Assembly: GCA_943331195.2 (NCBI GenBank)
Contig: CALQKQ020000001.1
Location: 1 to 41,932 of the forward strand
Direction: 5' to 3'
DNA length: 41,932 nucleotides
DNA from: Akkermansia muciniphila
GTDB taxonomy: Bacteria > Verrucomicrobiota > Verrucomicrobiia > Verrucomicrobiales > V1-33
Under the pieces are notes generated by a model, which saw only the letters and a list, made by a program, of their open reading frames with translations, did no database searches and was not told the DNA's origin. Numbering within the stretch: the stretch's first letter is position 1; the number at the start of each line of letters is the position of its first letter. Positions 1-9,412 of this stretch are shown one piece after another. A program made the position numbers and the translations under genes.

Positions 1-459
1 CAAGGAGCGCGACAAGCTCAGCACGTTCCGGCCCACATCCTCCACCGCCTTTTTGTCCTCCGCTTGCACCGCAATAAACCCATCCGCCACCGTCGACCCC
101 AACAGCAAGGCCACGTCCGTCCGCTCGCGGAACGCCGGCTTCGGCGAAGCGCTCACCTCCGCCTTCCAGTCAGGATCGCCCAACTTGTCCAACACGCTGA
201 AAATTTCGCTCGGCACCGGAACCACCACTTCGTCAATGACCTGGCCCGGAAACTTCGTCAGATCCAATTCGCCGCCGCCCTTGTCCACTGACTCCACTGA
301 CGCCACCGCAGCCGCCGCTTTCGGCGCAGCCCCCGGCACCGGCGGAGCCGCAGGCTTTGGCGAAGCCGCAGGCTTTGGCGAAGCCGCAGGCGCAGCGCAA
401 AGCGGACACACCGCCGCCATCATCAGGGCAGTTAGAAAAACAGGGCGAACTCGATTCAT
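1..459 (-). CDS. Hypothetical secreted protein, N-terminal 153 codons (3' end runs off the window)
   Basis: Absent from the ORF track because there is no stop inside the window. The reverse-strand ATG at 459 reads MNRVRPVFLTALMMAAVCPLCAAPAASPKPAASPKPAAPPVPGAAPKAAAAVASVESVDKGGGELDLTKFPGQVIDEVVVPVPSEIF... It stays open to position 1 (frame checked by hand). It has a signal-peptide-like N-terminus followed by an Ala/Pro/Lys linker. No family recognised. Confidence 0.55.
   Translation of the reverse strand, partial: MNRVRPVFLTALMMAAVCPLCAAPAASPKPAASPKPAAPPVPGAAPKAAAAVASVESVDKGGGELDLTKFPGQVIDEVVVPVPSEIFSVLDKLGDPDWKAEVSASPKPAFRERTDVALLLGSTVADGFIAVQAEDKKAVEDVGRNVLSLSRSL
347..392. repeat. 18-bp tandem repeat, about 2.5 copies (gccgcaggctttggcgaa)
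   Basis: Exact copies at 347-364 and 365-382, with a partial third copy. It encodes the AASPKP-AASPKP linker of the reverse-strand CDS. Confidence 0.8.
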
Positions 460-563
460 GGGCAGCGGAAGGAGGGAAACAGCAACACTCTACGCGACGA
501 TTCCGCAAAATGCCAGCGCCGCCCCGCATTTCCTCACCGCCCTCCCCGCCGCGCCCCGCGCCC

Positions 564-1448
564 TCAGTGCACCAATTTATTGAGCGGATATTCAATGATC
601 CCTTCCGCGCCGAGAAGCTTCAGCTGGGGGATGATCTCGCGCACCACCGCTTCGTCAATCACCGTCTCCACGCTCACCCAGTCGCTGTCATACAGCGGCG
701 AAATCGTCGGTCGGCGCAAGCTGGGAAGCGCCTCGACCAGGTTTTTCACCTGGTGGCTCGGCAAGTTCATTTTCAGCCCCACCTTGCCCCGCGCATCCAG
801 CGCCCCCTTCAAAAGCATCGCCATGCGGGCGATTTTGCCCGCCTTCCAGGGGTCCGCCAGCGCCGCCGGACTCGCAATGAATTGCGGATAGCTCTCCATC
901 AAGGTGTCCACAATGCGCAGCCGATTCGCCCGCAAACTAGAACCCGTTTCCGTGATGTCCACGATGGCATCGACCAACTCCGGCACCTTGACCTCCGTCG
1001 CCCCCCACGAAAACTCCACCTCAGCTTGCACCCCCTTCGATTCCAAATACCGCTTGGTCAGGCCCACCGCCTCCGCCGCAATCCGCTTGCCCTGAAGGTC
1101 TTGCACCGTCTGAATCGGCGAATCCTCCGGCACCACCAACACCCAGCGCGTCGGCCGCGGCGTGGCCCGGCTATACGGCAACTCGCAAATATATTCCACC
1201 TTGGCGTCGTTCTCCACAATCCAGTCGCGCCCCGTGATCCCCGCATCGAGAAACCCGTGGTCCACATACCGGCCAATCTCCTGGGCCCGCAGCAAGCGGA
1301 TTTCCAACTCCGGATCGTCCACCGCCGGGCGATAGCTCCGCGTCGCCCCCGAGACAGTAAAGCCAGCGCGAGCCAGCAAAGCGAGGGTAGGTTCCTGCAG
1401 GCTGCCGCTAGGCAGGCCGAGTTTCAGTTGGCGGGGAGCATCGGACAT
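564..1448 (-). CDS. hisG: ATP phosphoribosyltransferase, long form
   Basis: 294-aa [33 protein letters not shown]... The length and N-terminal motif fit long-form HisG with a C-terminal regulatory domain. Confidence 0.92.
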   Translation of the reverse strand: MSDAPRQLKLGLPSGSLQEPTLALLARAGFTVSGATRSYRPAVDDPELEIRLLRAQEIGRYVDHGFLDAGITGRDWIVENDAKVEYICELPYSRATPRPTRWVLVVPEDSPIQTVQDLQGKRIAAEAVGLTKRYLESKGVQAEVEFSWGATEVKVPELVDAIVDITETGSSLRANRLRIVDTLMESYPQFIASPAALADPWKAGKIARMAMLLKGALDARGKVGLKMNLPSHQVKNLVEALPSLRRPTISPLYDSDWVSVETVIDEAVVREIIPQLKLLGAEGIIEYPLNKLVH

Positions 1449-1525
1449 AGATAGGAAAATGGGGGCTTGAAACTCCCGGACAGGTGCCGGAACGCAACCG
1501 GAATCCGTTCCCCCACCCGCCCCCC

Positions 1526-2347
1526 ATGAAATTCTCCATCTGCAATGAAACCTGGCAGGGCCCCGACTGGACCTACGACCTCGTCTGCGAACGCATCGCC
1601 GCCCACGGCTACGACGGCGTCGAAATCGCCCCCTTCACCCTCAAGCCCAACCCCGCCGACCTCACCGAAGCCGAAGCCCAAGAAATCGGCCGCCTCACCC
1701 GCAAGCACGGCCTCGAAGTCGTCGGCCTCCACTGGCTCCTCGTCCAACCCCCCGGCCTCCACCTCACCTCCCCCGACCCCACCCAGCGCCTCCGCACCGC
1801 CGCCTACGGCTGCCACCTCGCCCGCCTCTGCGCCGCCATGGGCGGCACCGTCATGGTCTGGGGCAGCCCCCAACAACGCCACCGCGACGACCACACCTCC
1901 TGGGACGAAACCGCCGCCCGCGCCGCCGAGGTCCTCCGCCACATCGCCGAAACCGCCGGCCCCCTCGGCGTCACCCTCGCCCTCGAACCCCTCGGCCGCA
2001 AAGAAACCAACTTCCTCAACACCGCCGCCGAAACCACCAAGCTCCTCCGCCTCGTCGACCACCCCGCCTGCCGCCTCCACCTCGACGTCAAAGCCATGAG
2101 CGACGAAATCGCTTCCATCCCCGAGATCATCCTCGCCCACGCCGCCGATACCGTCCACTTCCACGCCAACGACCCCAACCTCCGCGGCCCCGGCCAGGGC
2201 GCCGTGCTCTACGAGCCCATCGTCGCCGCCCTCCGCGCCACCAACTACGACCGCTGGATCAGCGTGGAAGTCTTCGACTACAGCCCCGACGCCGACACCA
2301 TCGCCGATCTCAGCCTCTCCTACCTCCACGAGGTCTTCGAACAATAG
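1526..2347 (+). CDS. Sugar phosphate isomerase/epimerase (xylose isomerase-like TIM barrel)
   Basis: [37 protein letters not shown]..., ...[11 protein letters not shown]..., ...WISVEVFDY. This is the typical AP-endonuclease-2/xylose-isomerase-like TIM barrel. Start moved to the MKFS Met (ORF track start 1484). Confidence 0.85.
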   Translation: MKFSICNETWQGPDWTYDLVCERIAAHGYDGVEIAPFTLKPNPADLTEAEAQEIGRLTRKHGLEVVGLHWLLVQPPGLHLTSPDPTQRLRTAAYGCHLARLCAAMGGTVMVWGSPQQRHRDDHTSWDETAARAAEVLRHIAETAGPLGVTLALEPLGRKETNFLNTAAETTKLLRLVDHPACRLHLDVKAMSDEIASIPEIILAHAADTVHFHANDPNLRGPGQGAVLYEPIVAALRATNYDRWISVEVFDYSPDADTIADLSLSYLHEVFEQ

Positions 2348-2468
2348 CGCCGCCGCCCTAGCCACACCGCCGCCTCAGCTAGGGGGATCCGCGCCCGCGC
2401 CCCAGCGGCATCCCCGGCCGCGCCCTCCCGTCTTGCTTTCCCCCAGCGCGTCCGCTTTGCTCCCTCCC

Positions 2469-5054
2469 ATGATGTCGCCCCTCCGCCCGGCCCTGCTCCT
2501 GTCCCTCGCCATCAACCTCCTCCCCGCCGCCCCGCCCGCCCCACCGCGCCTCCTCGCCCCAGGATGGGAAATCACCCTCTTCGCTAGCGAACCCGATATC
2601 GTCACCCCCGTCGGCCTCGCCGTCGACCCCAAGGGCCAAGTCTTCGCCGTCGAAAACCACACCCACCAAGTCAAACCAGACTACCCCGGACCCAAATCCG
2701 ACCGCATCAAAATCCTCCAGGACACCGACGGCGATGGCCGCGCCGACCGCATCCGCCTCTTCGCCGAAGGCTTCACCTCCTCCATGAATCTCGCCTTCGA
2801 CCCCGACGGCGTCCTCCACCTCGTCCACCGCAACGGCGTCATCCGCCTCGAAGACCACGACGGCGACGGCCTCTGCGATAAGCAAGTCAACCTGCTCCGC
2901 CTCGACACCACCGAAACCTACCCCCACAACGGCCTCAGCGGCATCGCCTTCTCTAGCGAATACATCTACATCGGCAGCGGCGAAAATTTCGGCACCCCCT
3001 ACACCGCCCAAGCCGCCGATGGCTCCCAGTTCCGCCACACCCCCGGCGGAGCCATGATCTTCCGTATGCGCCGCGACGGCTCCCACCTCGAACCCTTCGC
3101 CACCGGCCTCTGGAACGCTTTCACCCTAGCCTTAGACGGCGCCGGCCGACTCTTCGTCGGCGACAACGACCCCGACTCCCGCCCCCCCTGCCGCTTCCTC
3201 CACGCCGTCGCCGGCGCCGACTTCGGCTATCAATTCCAATACGGCCGCAGCGGCCTCCACCCCTTCGTCTGCTGGAACGGCGAACTGCCCGGCACCCTCC
3301 CCATGGTCGCAGGCACCGGCGAAGCCCCCACCGGCCTCCTCGACGCCCGCCTCGCCCGCCTCGGCCCCGGACGCGGCCAGGGCTTTCTCATGACCGAATG
3401 GGGCGACAGCTCCCTCTCCTGGTATCGCCTCCAGCCCCGCGGCGCCTCCTTTTCCGCCACCCGCGAAATCGTCATCCAAGGCGACCCCTCCTTCCGCCCC
3501 GCCTGCCTCGCCCCCGCCCCCGACGGCAGCGTCTACCTCAGCGACTGGGCCGACCGCGAATATTCCGTGCACCAAAAAGGCCGCCTCTGGCGCCTCCACG
3601 CCTCCCACCCCGAGCAAACCCCCACCGACAAACCCTTCCTCCCCATCAGCGAACCCGAACTGCGCCGCCAACACCTCGCCCAACCCTCCGCCACCTGGAC
3701 CGAGTTGCAAGCCGCCCTAACGGACCCCGACCCCTACATCCTCAGCGCCGCCCTCACCACCCTAGCGCTACCCGCCTTCCAGCAAAACCTGCTCGAAAAC
3801 GCCGCCGCTCCCGACCCCAAAATCCGCCAAGGCGTCCTCCTCGCCCTGCGCCGCGCCCAAGCCCCCCAAGCCGAAACCCTCCTCCGCCAAGCCCTCGCCG
3901 ACCCCGACGACACCGTCCGCCGCATCGCCATGCGCTGGACCGCCGAATTGCGCCTGAAAAACCTCCGCCCCCTCCTCGAGCAATCCCTCCACGCCAACGC
4001 CACCACCACCCCCAGCCCCGAAGACTTCGCCCTCTGGCTCGCCGCCCTCGATCTCGTCTCGCGCGACGGCCCCCCCACCGCCGCCACCGCCTCCACCGCC
4101 AACGACGACCTCCTCCAAAAACTCCTCGCCGACCCCGCCACCAGCCCTAGCACCAAGGCCGCCGTGCTCCCCCAACTCACCAACTTCAAAGCCCCCGCCA
4201 TGATCCGCACCCTCATGGCCCTAGCCTCCACCGGAGAGGCCCCCGTCCGCCGCGAAGCCCTCCGCAGCCTCGCCTTTGTCAGCGCCAAAGCCGCATCCAC
4301 TCCCCTCCAAAAAATCGCCCTCGACCCCGCCGAATCTCCCGACCTCCGCCACGAAGCCCTCGCCGCCTTGGCCCCCAAAGACCCCGCCGCCGGTCTCCCC
4401 CTCCGCCCCCTCCTCGACGACCCCGACCCCGCCCTCGCCGTGGAAGCCGCCCGCGCCCTCCGCCCCCATCTCGCCGACCCTGCCATCAAACAAGCCCTGC
4501 AAACCCGCGCCGCCTCCGCCCCTCCCGGCGCCTTGCAAGACCAACTCGCCCTAGCCTTAGGCACCCCCCTAGCCGAACCCAGCCCCACCACCGACGCCGC
4601 GTGGACTGCTGCCTTGCTCGACACCAGCGCCCCCGCCAGCGCCGCCCGCGGCCGCCACCTCTTCTTCAACCCCGCCACCCTCTGCAGCAGCTGCCACATC
4701 GCCGAAGGCCGCGGCGCCGCCGTCGGTCCCAATCTAACCACCGTCGCCCGCGCCTCCGACCGCGCCCGCCTCATCACCTCCATCCTCGAACCCAGCCGCG
4801 AAATCGGCCCCCTCTACAGCGCCAAACAAGTCACCCTCCAGGACGGCCGCCAGCTCTCCGGCATCCCCATCCTCCCAGACCAAAACGGCATCCTCAACCT
4901 CATTCAACCCGGCGGCGCCCTCCTCCCCGCCCCCCGCGACCAGATCGCCCACATCCAAGATACCGGCGTTTCCCTCATGCCCGAAGGACTCGAATTAGCC
5001 CTAACGCTCCAGGACTTCCGCGACCTCCTCGCCTATCTCCAATCCCTCCACTGA
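2469..5054 (+). CDS. PVC-type heme-binding CxxCH protein (membrane-bound dehydrogenase-like beta-propeller + HEAT repeats + C-terminal cytochrome c domain)
   Basis: Signal-like MMSPLRPALLLSLAINLL. The propeller start is WEITLFASEPDIVTPVGLAVDPKGQVFAVENHTH. Central Ala/Leu/Pro HEAT-like repeats follow (DPKIRQGVLLALRR, DPDDTVRRIAMRW). The C-terminal HLFFNPATLCSSCHIAEGRG matches the Pirellula/Verrucomicrobium-type heme domain. Alternative start at 2433. Confidence 0.85.
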   Translation: MMSPLRPALLLSLAINLLPAAPPAPPRLLAPGWEITLFASEPDIVTPVGLAVDPKGQVFAVENHTHQVKPDYPGPKSDRIKILQDTDGDGRADRIRLFAEGFTSSMNLAFDPDGVLHLVHRNGVIRLEDHDGDGLCDKQVNLLRLDTTETYPHNGLSGIAFSSEYIYIGSGENFGTPYTAQAADGSQFRHTPGGAMIFRMRRDGSHLEPFATGLWNAFTLALDGAGRLFVGDNDPDSRPPCRFLHAVAGADFGYQFQYGRSGLHPFVCWNGELPGTLPMVAGTGEAPTGLLDARLARLGPGRGQGFLMTEWGDSSLSWYRLQPRGASFSATREIVIQGDPSFRPACLAPAPDGSVYLSDWADREYSVHQKGRLWRLHASHPEQTPTDKPFLPISEPELRRQHLAQPSATWTELQAALTDPDPYILSAALTTLALPAFQQNLLENAAAPDPKIRQGVLLALRRAQAPQAETLLRQALADPDDTVRRIAMRWTAELRLKNLRPLLEQSLHANATTTPSPEDFALWLAALDLVSRDGPPTAATASTANDDLLQKLLADPATSPSTKAAVLPQLTNFKAPAMIRTLMALASTGEAPVRREALRSLAFVSAKAASTPLQKIALDPAESPDLRHEALAALAPKDPAAGLPLRPLLDDPDPALAVEAARALRPHLADPAIKQALQTRAASAPPGALQDQLALALGTPLAEPSPTTDAAWTAALLDTSAPASAARGRHLFFNPATLCSSCHIAEGRGAAVGPNLTTVARASDRARLITSILEPSREIGPLYSAKQVTLQDGRQLSGIPILPDQNGILNLIQPGGALLPAPRDQIAHIQDTGVSLMPEGLELALTLQDFRDLLAYLQSLH

Positions 5055-5106
5055 CCCCGCGAAAACATCTTGCGCGCGCCGCCCCCGGCCCACATCCTCT
5101 CCCACG

Positions 5107-6027
5107 ATGCAAACCTGGTATTACTCCCATAAGGGCGAACGGCAGGGACCGGTCGCTTTCGAGGCCTTGCAGGCCCTCGCTCAACGCGGTGAACTCGACC
5201 CCCACCAAGACCTCGTCTGGACCGCCGGCATGCAAGATTGGGCCCCTTCCGGCACCGTGCCCGGCCTATTTCCCACCGCCGCTTCCCCCGACGCCCCTTC
5301 CCCCGACCCCGGCAGCCTTCTCGCCCCCCGCGCCGACTCCGCCCCCCTACCCGAAATCGCCCCAGGCTCGCAGCCCCTCGACGTCATCGCCTGCCTCCAG
5401 CGCGCCATCGCCCTCACCAAACGCCACTTCGGCCAAATCATCGGCATCGGCATCGTCTATTGGATCGCCTCCTCCGCCGTGCTCATCGGCGCAGAATATC
5501 TGCATGAACCCATCAAAACCCCCGTCCTACTCCTCGGCACCGTCATCTCCATGTTCTTCAACTTGGGCCTCACCCGAGTCTGTTTCAATATAATTGCGGG
5601 AGAAGCCGCCAGCGTCAGCCAACTCTTCGGCGAAGGATCCAAACTACTCCGCTCCCTCGGCGCCTTCCTCCTCTACTTCGCCATGGTGTCCCTCGGCTTC
5701 GCTTTGTTCATCCTTCCCGGGATCTACCTAGCCCTGCGCTTTGGGCTCTTTCAATATGCCATCGTAGACCGAAACCTAGGCATCATGGAGTCCCTTCGCT
5801 ACAGCTCCGCCCTCACCGCCAACAACCGCCTCAGCCTCTTCGGCATGGGCATCCTCACGACCCTCATCATCCTCGCCGGAGCCCTCGCCCTCGTCGTCGG
5901 TTTGATTTTCGCCATCCCCGCAGTCACCCTAGCCATACCCCTAGCCTATCGCTTTCTCCAGTTCGGGCCCGGCGCCCTACAAGACCAGCCCGGCACCGCC
6001 CGGCACCGCCTGCGCCGCATCAGCTGA
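5107..6027 (+). CDS. GYF-domain (DUF4339-like) protein fused to a multi-pass membrane domain (DUF975/YciC-like)
   Basis: N-terminus is WYYSHKGERQGPVAFEALQALAQRGELDPHQDLVWTAGMQDWAP (GYF_2 pattern). A Pro-rich linker follows, then about five hydrophobic helices. Confidence 0.75.
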   Translation: MQTWYYSHKGERQGPVAFEALQALAQRGELDPHQDLVWTAGMQDWAPSGTVPGLFPTAASPDAPSPDPGSLLAPRADSAPLPEIAPGSQPLDVIACLQRAIALTKRHFGQIIGIGIVYWIASSAVLIGAEYLHEPIKTPVLLLGTVISMFFNLGLTRVCFNIIAGEAASVSQLFGEGSKLLRSLGAFLLYFAMVSLGFALFILPGIYLALRFGLFQYAIVDRNLGIMESLRYSSALTANNRLSLFGMGILTTLIILAGALALVVGLIFAIPAVTLAIPLAYRFLQFGPGALQDQPGTARHRLRRIS

Positions 6028-6111
6028 CCTCCCCACGCTGAGCGCCCGACACACCCCGCCCTCCTGCCCGCTCCGCAACCCTCCCAGCCATTCGCGAAGC
6101 CTTCGGCCGCC

Positions 6112-6252
6112 CAAGGTAGCCAGACCGTCCCGGTCTGATTCAAAAAACCCCAAGGTAGCCAGACCGTCCCGGTCTGATTCAAAAAACCCCAAGGTAGCCA
6201 GACCGTCTCGGTCTGATCCGTTGCCGGGTCCAGAGCGCGACGCTCTGGCTAC
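6112..6252. repeat. REP/BIME-like cluster: three tandem 39-bp GTAG-headed hairpin units plus one inverted copy
   Basis: Units at 6112-6150 and 6151-6189 are identical; the third starts at 6190. Each unit is GTAG-C-CAGACCG-TCC-CGGTCTG plus the tail ATTCAAAAAACCC. The inverted element at 6230-6252 reads, on the - strand, GTAG-CCAGAGCG-TCG-CGCTCTGG. Confidence 0.8.
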
Positions 6253-6293
6253 AGCCCCTGCGTCGGGTCACTGGAGAACCGCTTCGGCAATCC

Positions 6294-6958
6294 GTGCCGA
6301 TCGTGTTCCGCCGCCAAATCACCCCTGACGACCTCCCACAAAACGAGCTCCTCGACGATTTCGAGGCGCACTCGATTTACACCCAGCTCGCTCCCTCGGC
6401 GCGGCGCAAAGCAACCATGCGCGGCAAAACCCCTCCGATCCCGAAGCTGGTTACGACCGGCATAAGGGCGCTGGCGATCAACGCCTGTCGGCGATCACTC
6501 AAAGTGCACCACCTGAAAATCACTTTCCAAGCTTCAAAGTCCACCACTTTCGAAGGTAACACCGCTCCTCCCAAGTCAGCGCCTGCGCCGCCAAGCTCGA
6601 TGACGAACTCAAGCTCTGGCGCGAGCGTACCCTGCTGGCCTGTCCCTATCTCATCTTCGACGCCCGCTATGAAAAAGTCCGCCACGGAGGCCTCCTGCGC
6701 GACGGTGCCGTGCTCATTGCCATTTGCGTCGGCACCGATGGCAAACGCTCCGTCCTCGGCGTCAGCACCGCCCTGAGCGAGGCCGAAGTCCATGGACGTG
6801 AGTTCTTCTCCTCCATCGTCGCCCGCAGCATCTGCGGCACTCGTTTCATCGTCAGCGATGCCCATCTGGGCCTGGCTGCCGCCCTCCTCTGCGAGCAAAG
6901 CGACGAATGGCTCACCTCCAAAATTGATCTCAACATGAACTCCGCCACCCACCCCTAA
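6294..6958 (+). pseudogene. IS256-family (Mutator-type) transposase remnant, frameshifted and internally deleted
   Basis: One frame reads ...SSQVSACAAKLDDELKLWRERTLLACPYLIFDARYEKVRHGGLLRDGAVLIAICVGTDGKRSVLGVSTALSEAEVHGREFFSSIVARSICGTRFIVSDAHLGL. This matches the IS256 core up to the second catalytic Asp region. It then jumps straight to a C-terminal-type EQSDEWLTSKIDLNM. There is an in-frame stop just upstream of SSQVS, and the N-terminal part lies in another frame. Confidence 0.75.
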
Positions 6959-7069
6959 CCTAACCGCCAATTTTACAGAACAAACATTGTGCGGCCGGTC
7001 AGTTTGAATTGTCGTCAGTGCTCAGCCCTAATCGTCGTCGCACAAACAGCGCCGCTCGCCAAGTAGGTG

Positions 7070-9349
7070 CTAGGCCCGCGGATCCTCCGCCAACAGCCCC
7101 AGCACCAAGGCGCGCAATTCCTCCGGCTGATAGGGCTTTGGCAGGACCGCGCAAAATCCAAAATCCGCGTAGCGCGACATCACCGGATCATCGCTGTAAC
7201 CAGAGGAAACAATCGCGCGCACCCCAGGGTCGAACTGGCGCAGCTGGGCCATGGCTTGAGCCCCGCCCATCCCGCCGGGGATGGACAGATCCATCACCAC
7301 CAGGTCAAAGCCCACCCCGCCCAAAAGCGCTTCGCTGTAGCGAGCCACCGCTTCCGAGCCCTCGCTCGTGCACGTGACCTCGCAGCCCGCCGCGCTCAGA
7401 TTGCTCGCCATGAGCTGCAAAATCAGGGCCTCATCTTCGAGCACCAAAACCCGCCGCGCCCGCCGCGGCCCCGCCACCTCCCGCCCCACCGCCGCACCCG
7501 CCACCACCTCCGGCACTGCCGCCGTCGGCAGGGAAACCCGCAACACCGTGCCCAAGCCCAGACGGCTCTCCACGCTCATGGTTCCGCCGTGCGCCTTGGT
7601 GATCGACTCGCACACCGTCAGCCCCAACCCACTGGCGTTGCTCTCCGCCCGCGTCGTAAAATACGGCTCGAAAATGTGGCTCAAGGTTTCCGCATCCATC
7701 CCTTCGCCCACATCCGCGACCTCCAAAACTAGCAGGTCGGACGCAGCCGTTAGCCGGAGCGACACCGCGCCCCCCTGCGGTTGCGCCTGCTCCGCGTTGC
7801 GCAGCAGATTGCTCCAGAGGCGGTGAATCTGGTGGCGGTCGACCTCAGCGGGACAAAGCTGCGGCGGCACCTCCAGTTGATAGTCCAATCCAGGGCGCCG
7901 CGGCCACTCCGCAAACCAACCGCGCAACAAACTCGCCACATCCGCCACTTGGCGAATCGGAGCCCCACCCCGGGCAAAGGTGAGCAGCTGCTGCACCAAA
8001 TTCTGCGCTTGGAGACTGGCCCGGCGCGCCGCCCCCAGCTCTCGCCGAGCTGGCGCCTCCGCCTCCAACTGAAGCTCCACCAGCGCTAGGTTGCCCAAGA
8101 GAACCGTCAGGAGATTATTGAAATCGTGGGCAAACCCGCGCGCCAACAGGCCCAGCGACTCCAGCTTTTCCAGTTTATCCTGCTGCTGCTCCCCCTGCTT
8201 GCGGACCGTGATGTCCCGCATCAAAACCAACAAACCTTGCCCAAAAGGATAGAGCTGCACCCCATACCAGGCACCCCGGGCCTCGTGCTCCATCTCAAAG
8301 GATGCCGGGCTGCGCTGCGTCAGCGCAGCCGAAAATTCTTGGTAGTAAAGCCGGTGCAGACTGGGCGGGAGAATGTCCCAAAAAAACTGCCCCAGCAAGG
8401 ACTCCCGCCGACTCCCCAGCACCCCTGCCGCCAAAGGATTCAGATAGGTGATCCGCCAATCCGCATCCAGCGCTAACAGAGGATCCGCAATGCTGCCGAC
8501 GATCCCCGCCAGGTTGGGAATCGGACTGCCCGCGAGAACCTCATCAAGGGAACTGAGCCGCTGCGGCAGCCTCGGCCGCGCCGCCTCCGCCGCCAGCCGG
8601 AACAAAACCACAATGCCCGTGAGCGATCCCTCCGCATCGCGAATCGGAGTCGTGGTGTCCTCAATGTGCACCGCCCGCCCCTCGCGATCCGTCAGCAATA
8701 TCGTGCGGCTGGGCACCCCGCTGACCAGCGCCGCAGAATCAAGCACCTCGCCGCTCGGCAGGGCCACCCGGAACACGCTGTGCAAAGGACGGCCCACCGC
8801 CTCCCCCGCCGACCAGCCGGTAAGCTGCTCCGCCACGGGATTCATGAAATTCACAATCCCCAACATGTCCGTGGAAATCACCCCCTCCGCCAAGCTGCAA
8901 AGCGTGGAAATAAACCGACCCTCCCTGGATTGCAGCTGGCGCAGCGCACTGTGCCGCGCGTGCGCCAATTCAATCGCCGAGCGAAGCTCGCTCTCCTGAA
9001 AGGGCTTGCGTAAAAAGCCATAGGGCTGCGCCGCCCGCGACCTCACTAGAGTCGCCTCATCGGCACAGCCGCTCAGAAAAATCACCGGCGCGGGGTGCTC
9101 CGCCTGCAAGCAGGTCGCCGCCTCCACCCCATCCATGCCCGACGGCAAATGGATGTCCATGAGGATGACATCGGGCTGCTCCCGGCGCAGCGCCGCCAGG
9201 GCCTCCGCGCCGCTGCGGCACAGGGCCGTGACCTCGAAGCCCATCCTTGTCAGGGTGGCCTCCAGGTCACGGGCCACCAGGGTCTCATCCTCAACTACCA
9301 GGATACGCAGGGCATTCATCGCAATCGCCTGGGCACGCGCCCCAGCCAT
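7070..9349 (-). CDS. Hybrid sensor histidine kinase / response regulator (REC-PAS-PAS-HisKA-HATPase_c-REC)
   Basis: N-terminal receiver (ILVVEDETLVARDL...ILMDIHLP). PAS-like segments follow. H-box is FAHDFNNLLTVLLGN, and the ATPase G-boxes are EVADVGEGMD and GLGLTV. C-terminal receiver is VLVLEDEALIL...VVMDLSIPGGMGG. Confidence 0.9.
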   Translation of the reverse strand: MAGARAQAIAMNALRILVVEDETLVARDLEATLTRMGFEVTALCRSGAEALAALRREQPDVILMDIHLPSGMDGVEAATCLQAEHPAPVIFLSGCADEATLVRSRAAQPYGFLRKPFQESELRSAIELAHARHSALRQLQSREGRFISTLCSLAEGVISTDMLGIVNFMNPVAEQLTGWSAGEAVGRPLHSVFRVALPSGEVLDSAALVSGVPSRTILLTDREGRAVHIEDTTTPIRDAEGSLTGIVVLFRLAAEAARPRLPQRLSSLDEVLAGSPIPNLAGIVGSIADPLLALDADWRITYLNPLAAGVLGSRRESLLGQFFWDILPPSLHRLYYQEFSAALTQRSPASFEMEHEARGAWYGVQLYPFGQGLLVLMRDITVRKQGEQQQDKLEKLESLGLLARGFAHDFNNLLTVLLGNLALVELQLEAEAPARRELGAARRASLQAQNLVQQLLTFARGGAPIRQVADVASLLRGWFAEWPRRPGLDYQLEVPPQLCPAEVDRHQIHRLWSNLLRNAEQAQPQGGAVSLRLTAASDLLVLEVADVGEGMDAETLSHIFEPYFTTRAESNASGLGLTVCESITKAHGGTMSVESRLGLGTVLRVSLPTAAVPEVVAGAAVGREVAGPRRARRVLVLEDEALILQLMASNLSAAGCEVTCTSEGSEAVARYSEALLGGVGFDLVVMDLSIPGGMGGAQAMAQLRQFDPGVRAIVSSGYSDDPVMSRYADFGFCAVLPKPYQPEELRALVLGLLAEDPRA

Positions 9350-9412
9350 ACACCCATAAGGACCCTGCGCGCCTCCAACAACGGGAAATCAGCCTCCGCC
9401 CGCCCCCGGCCC

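Noticed and set aside
1424-2365. Long antisense ORFs opposite real genes. Examples are 1424-2365, 2379-3086, 3734-4783, 15169-16125, 28437-29228, 29779-30687, 33210-34466, 34506-35570 and 37419-38810. There are also many Arg/Pro-rich + strand ORFs such as 357-1454, 4601-5593 and 25465-26472.
   Set aside because: They are low-complexity (G/A/E/V-rich or R/P/H-rich) and have no recognisable motifs. They fully overlap ORFs with clear family signatures. Open antisense frames are expected in DNA with strongly GC-biased third codon positions.
6112-6252. CRISPR array
   Set aside because: The 39-bp units are directly abutting with no unique spacers. They are internally palindromic with a GTAG head, and no cas genes are present. 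This is REP-like, not CRISPR.
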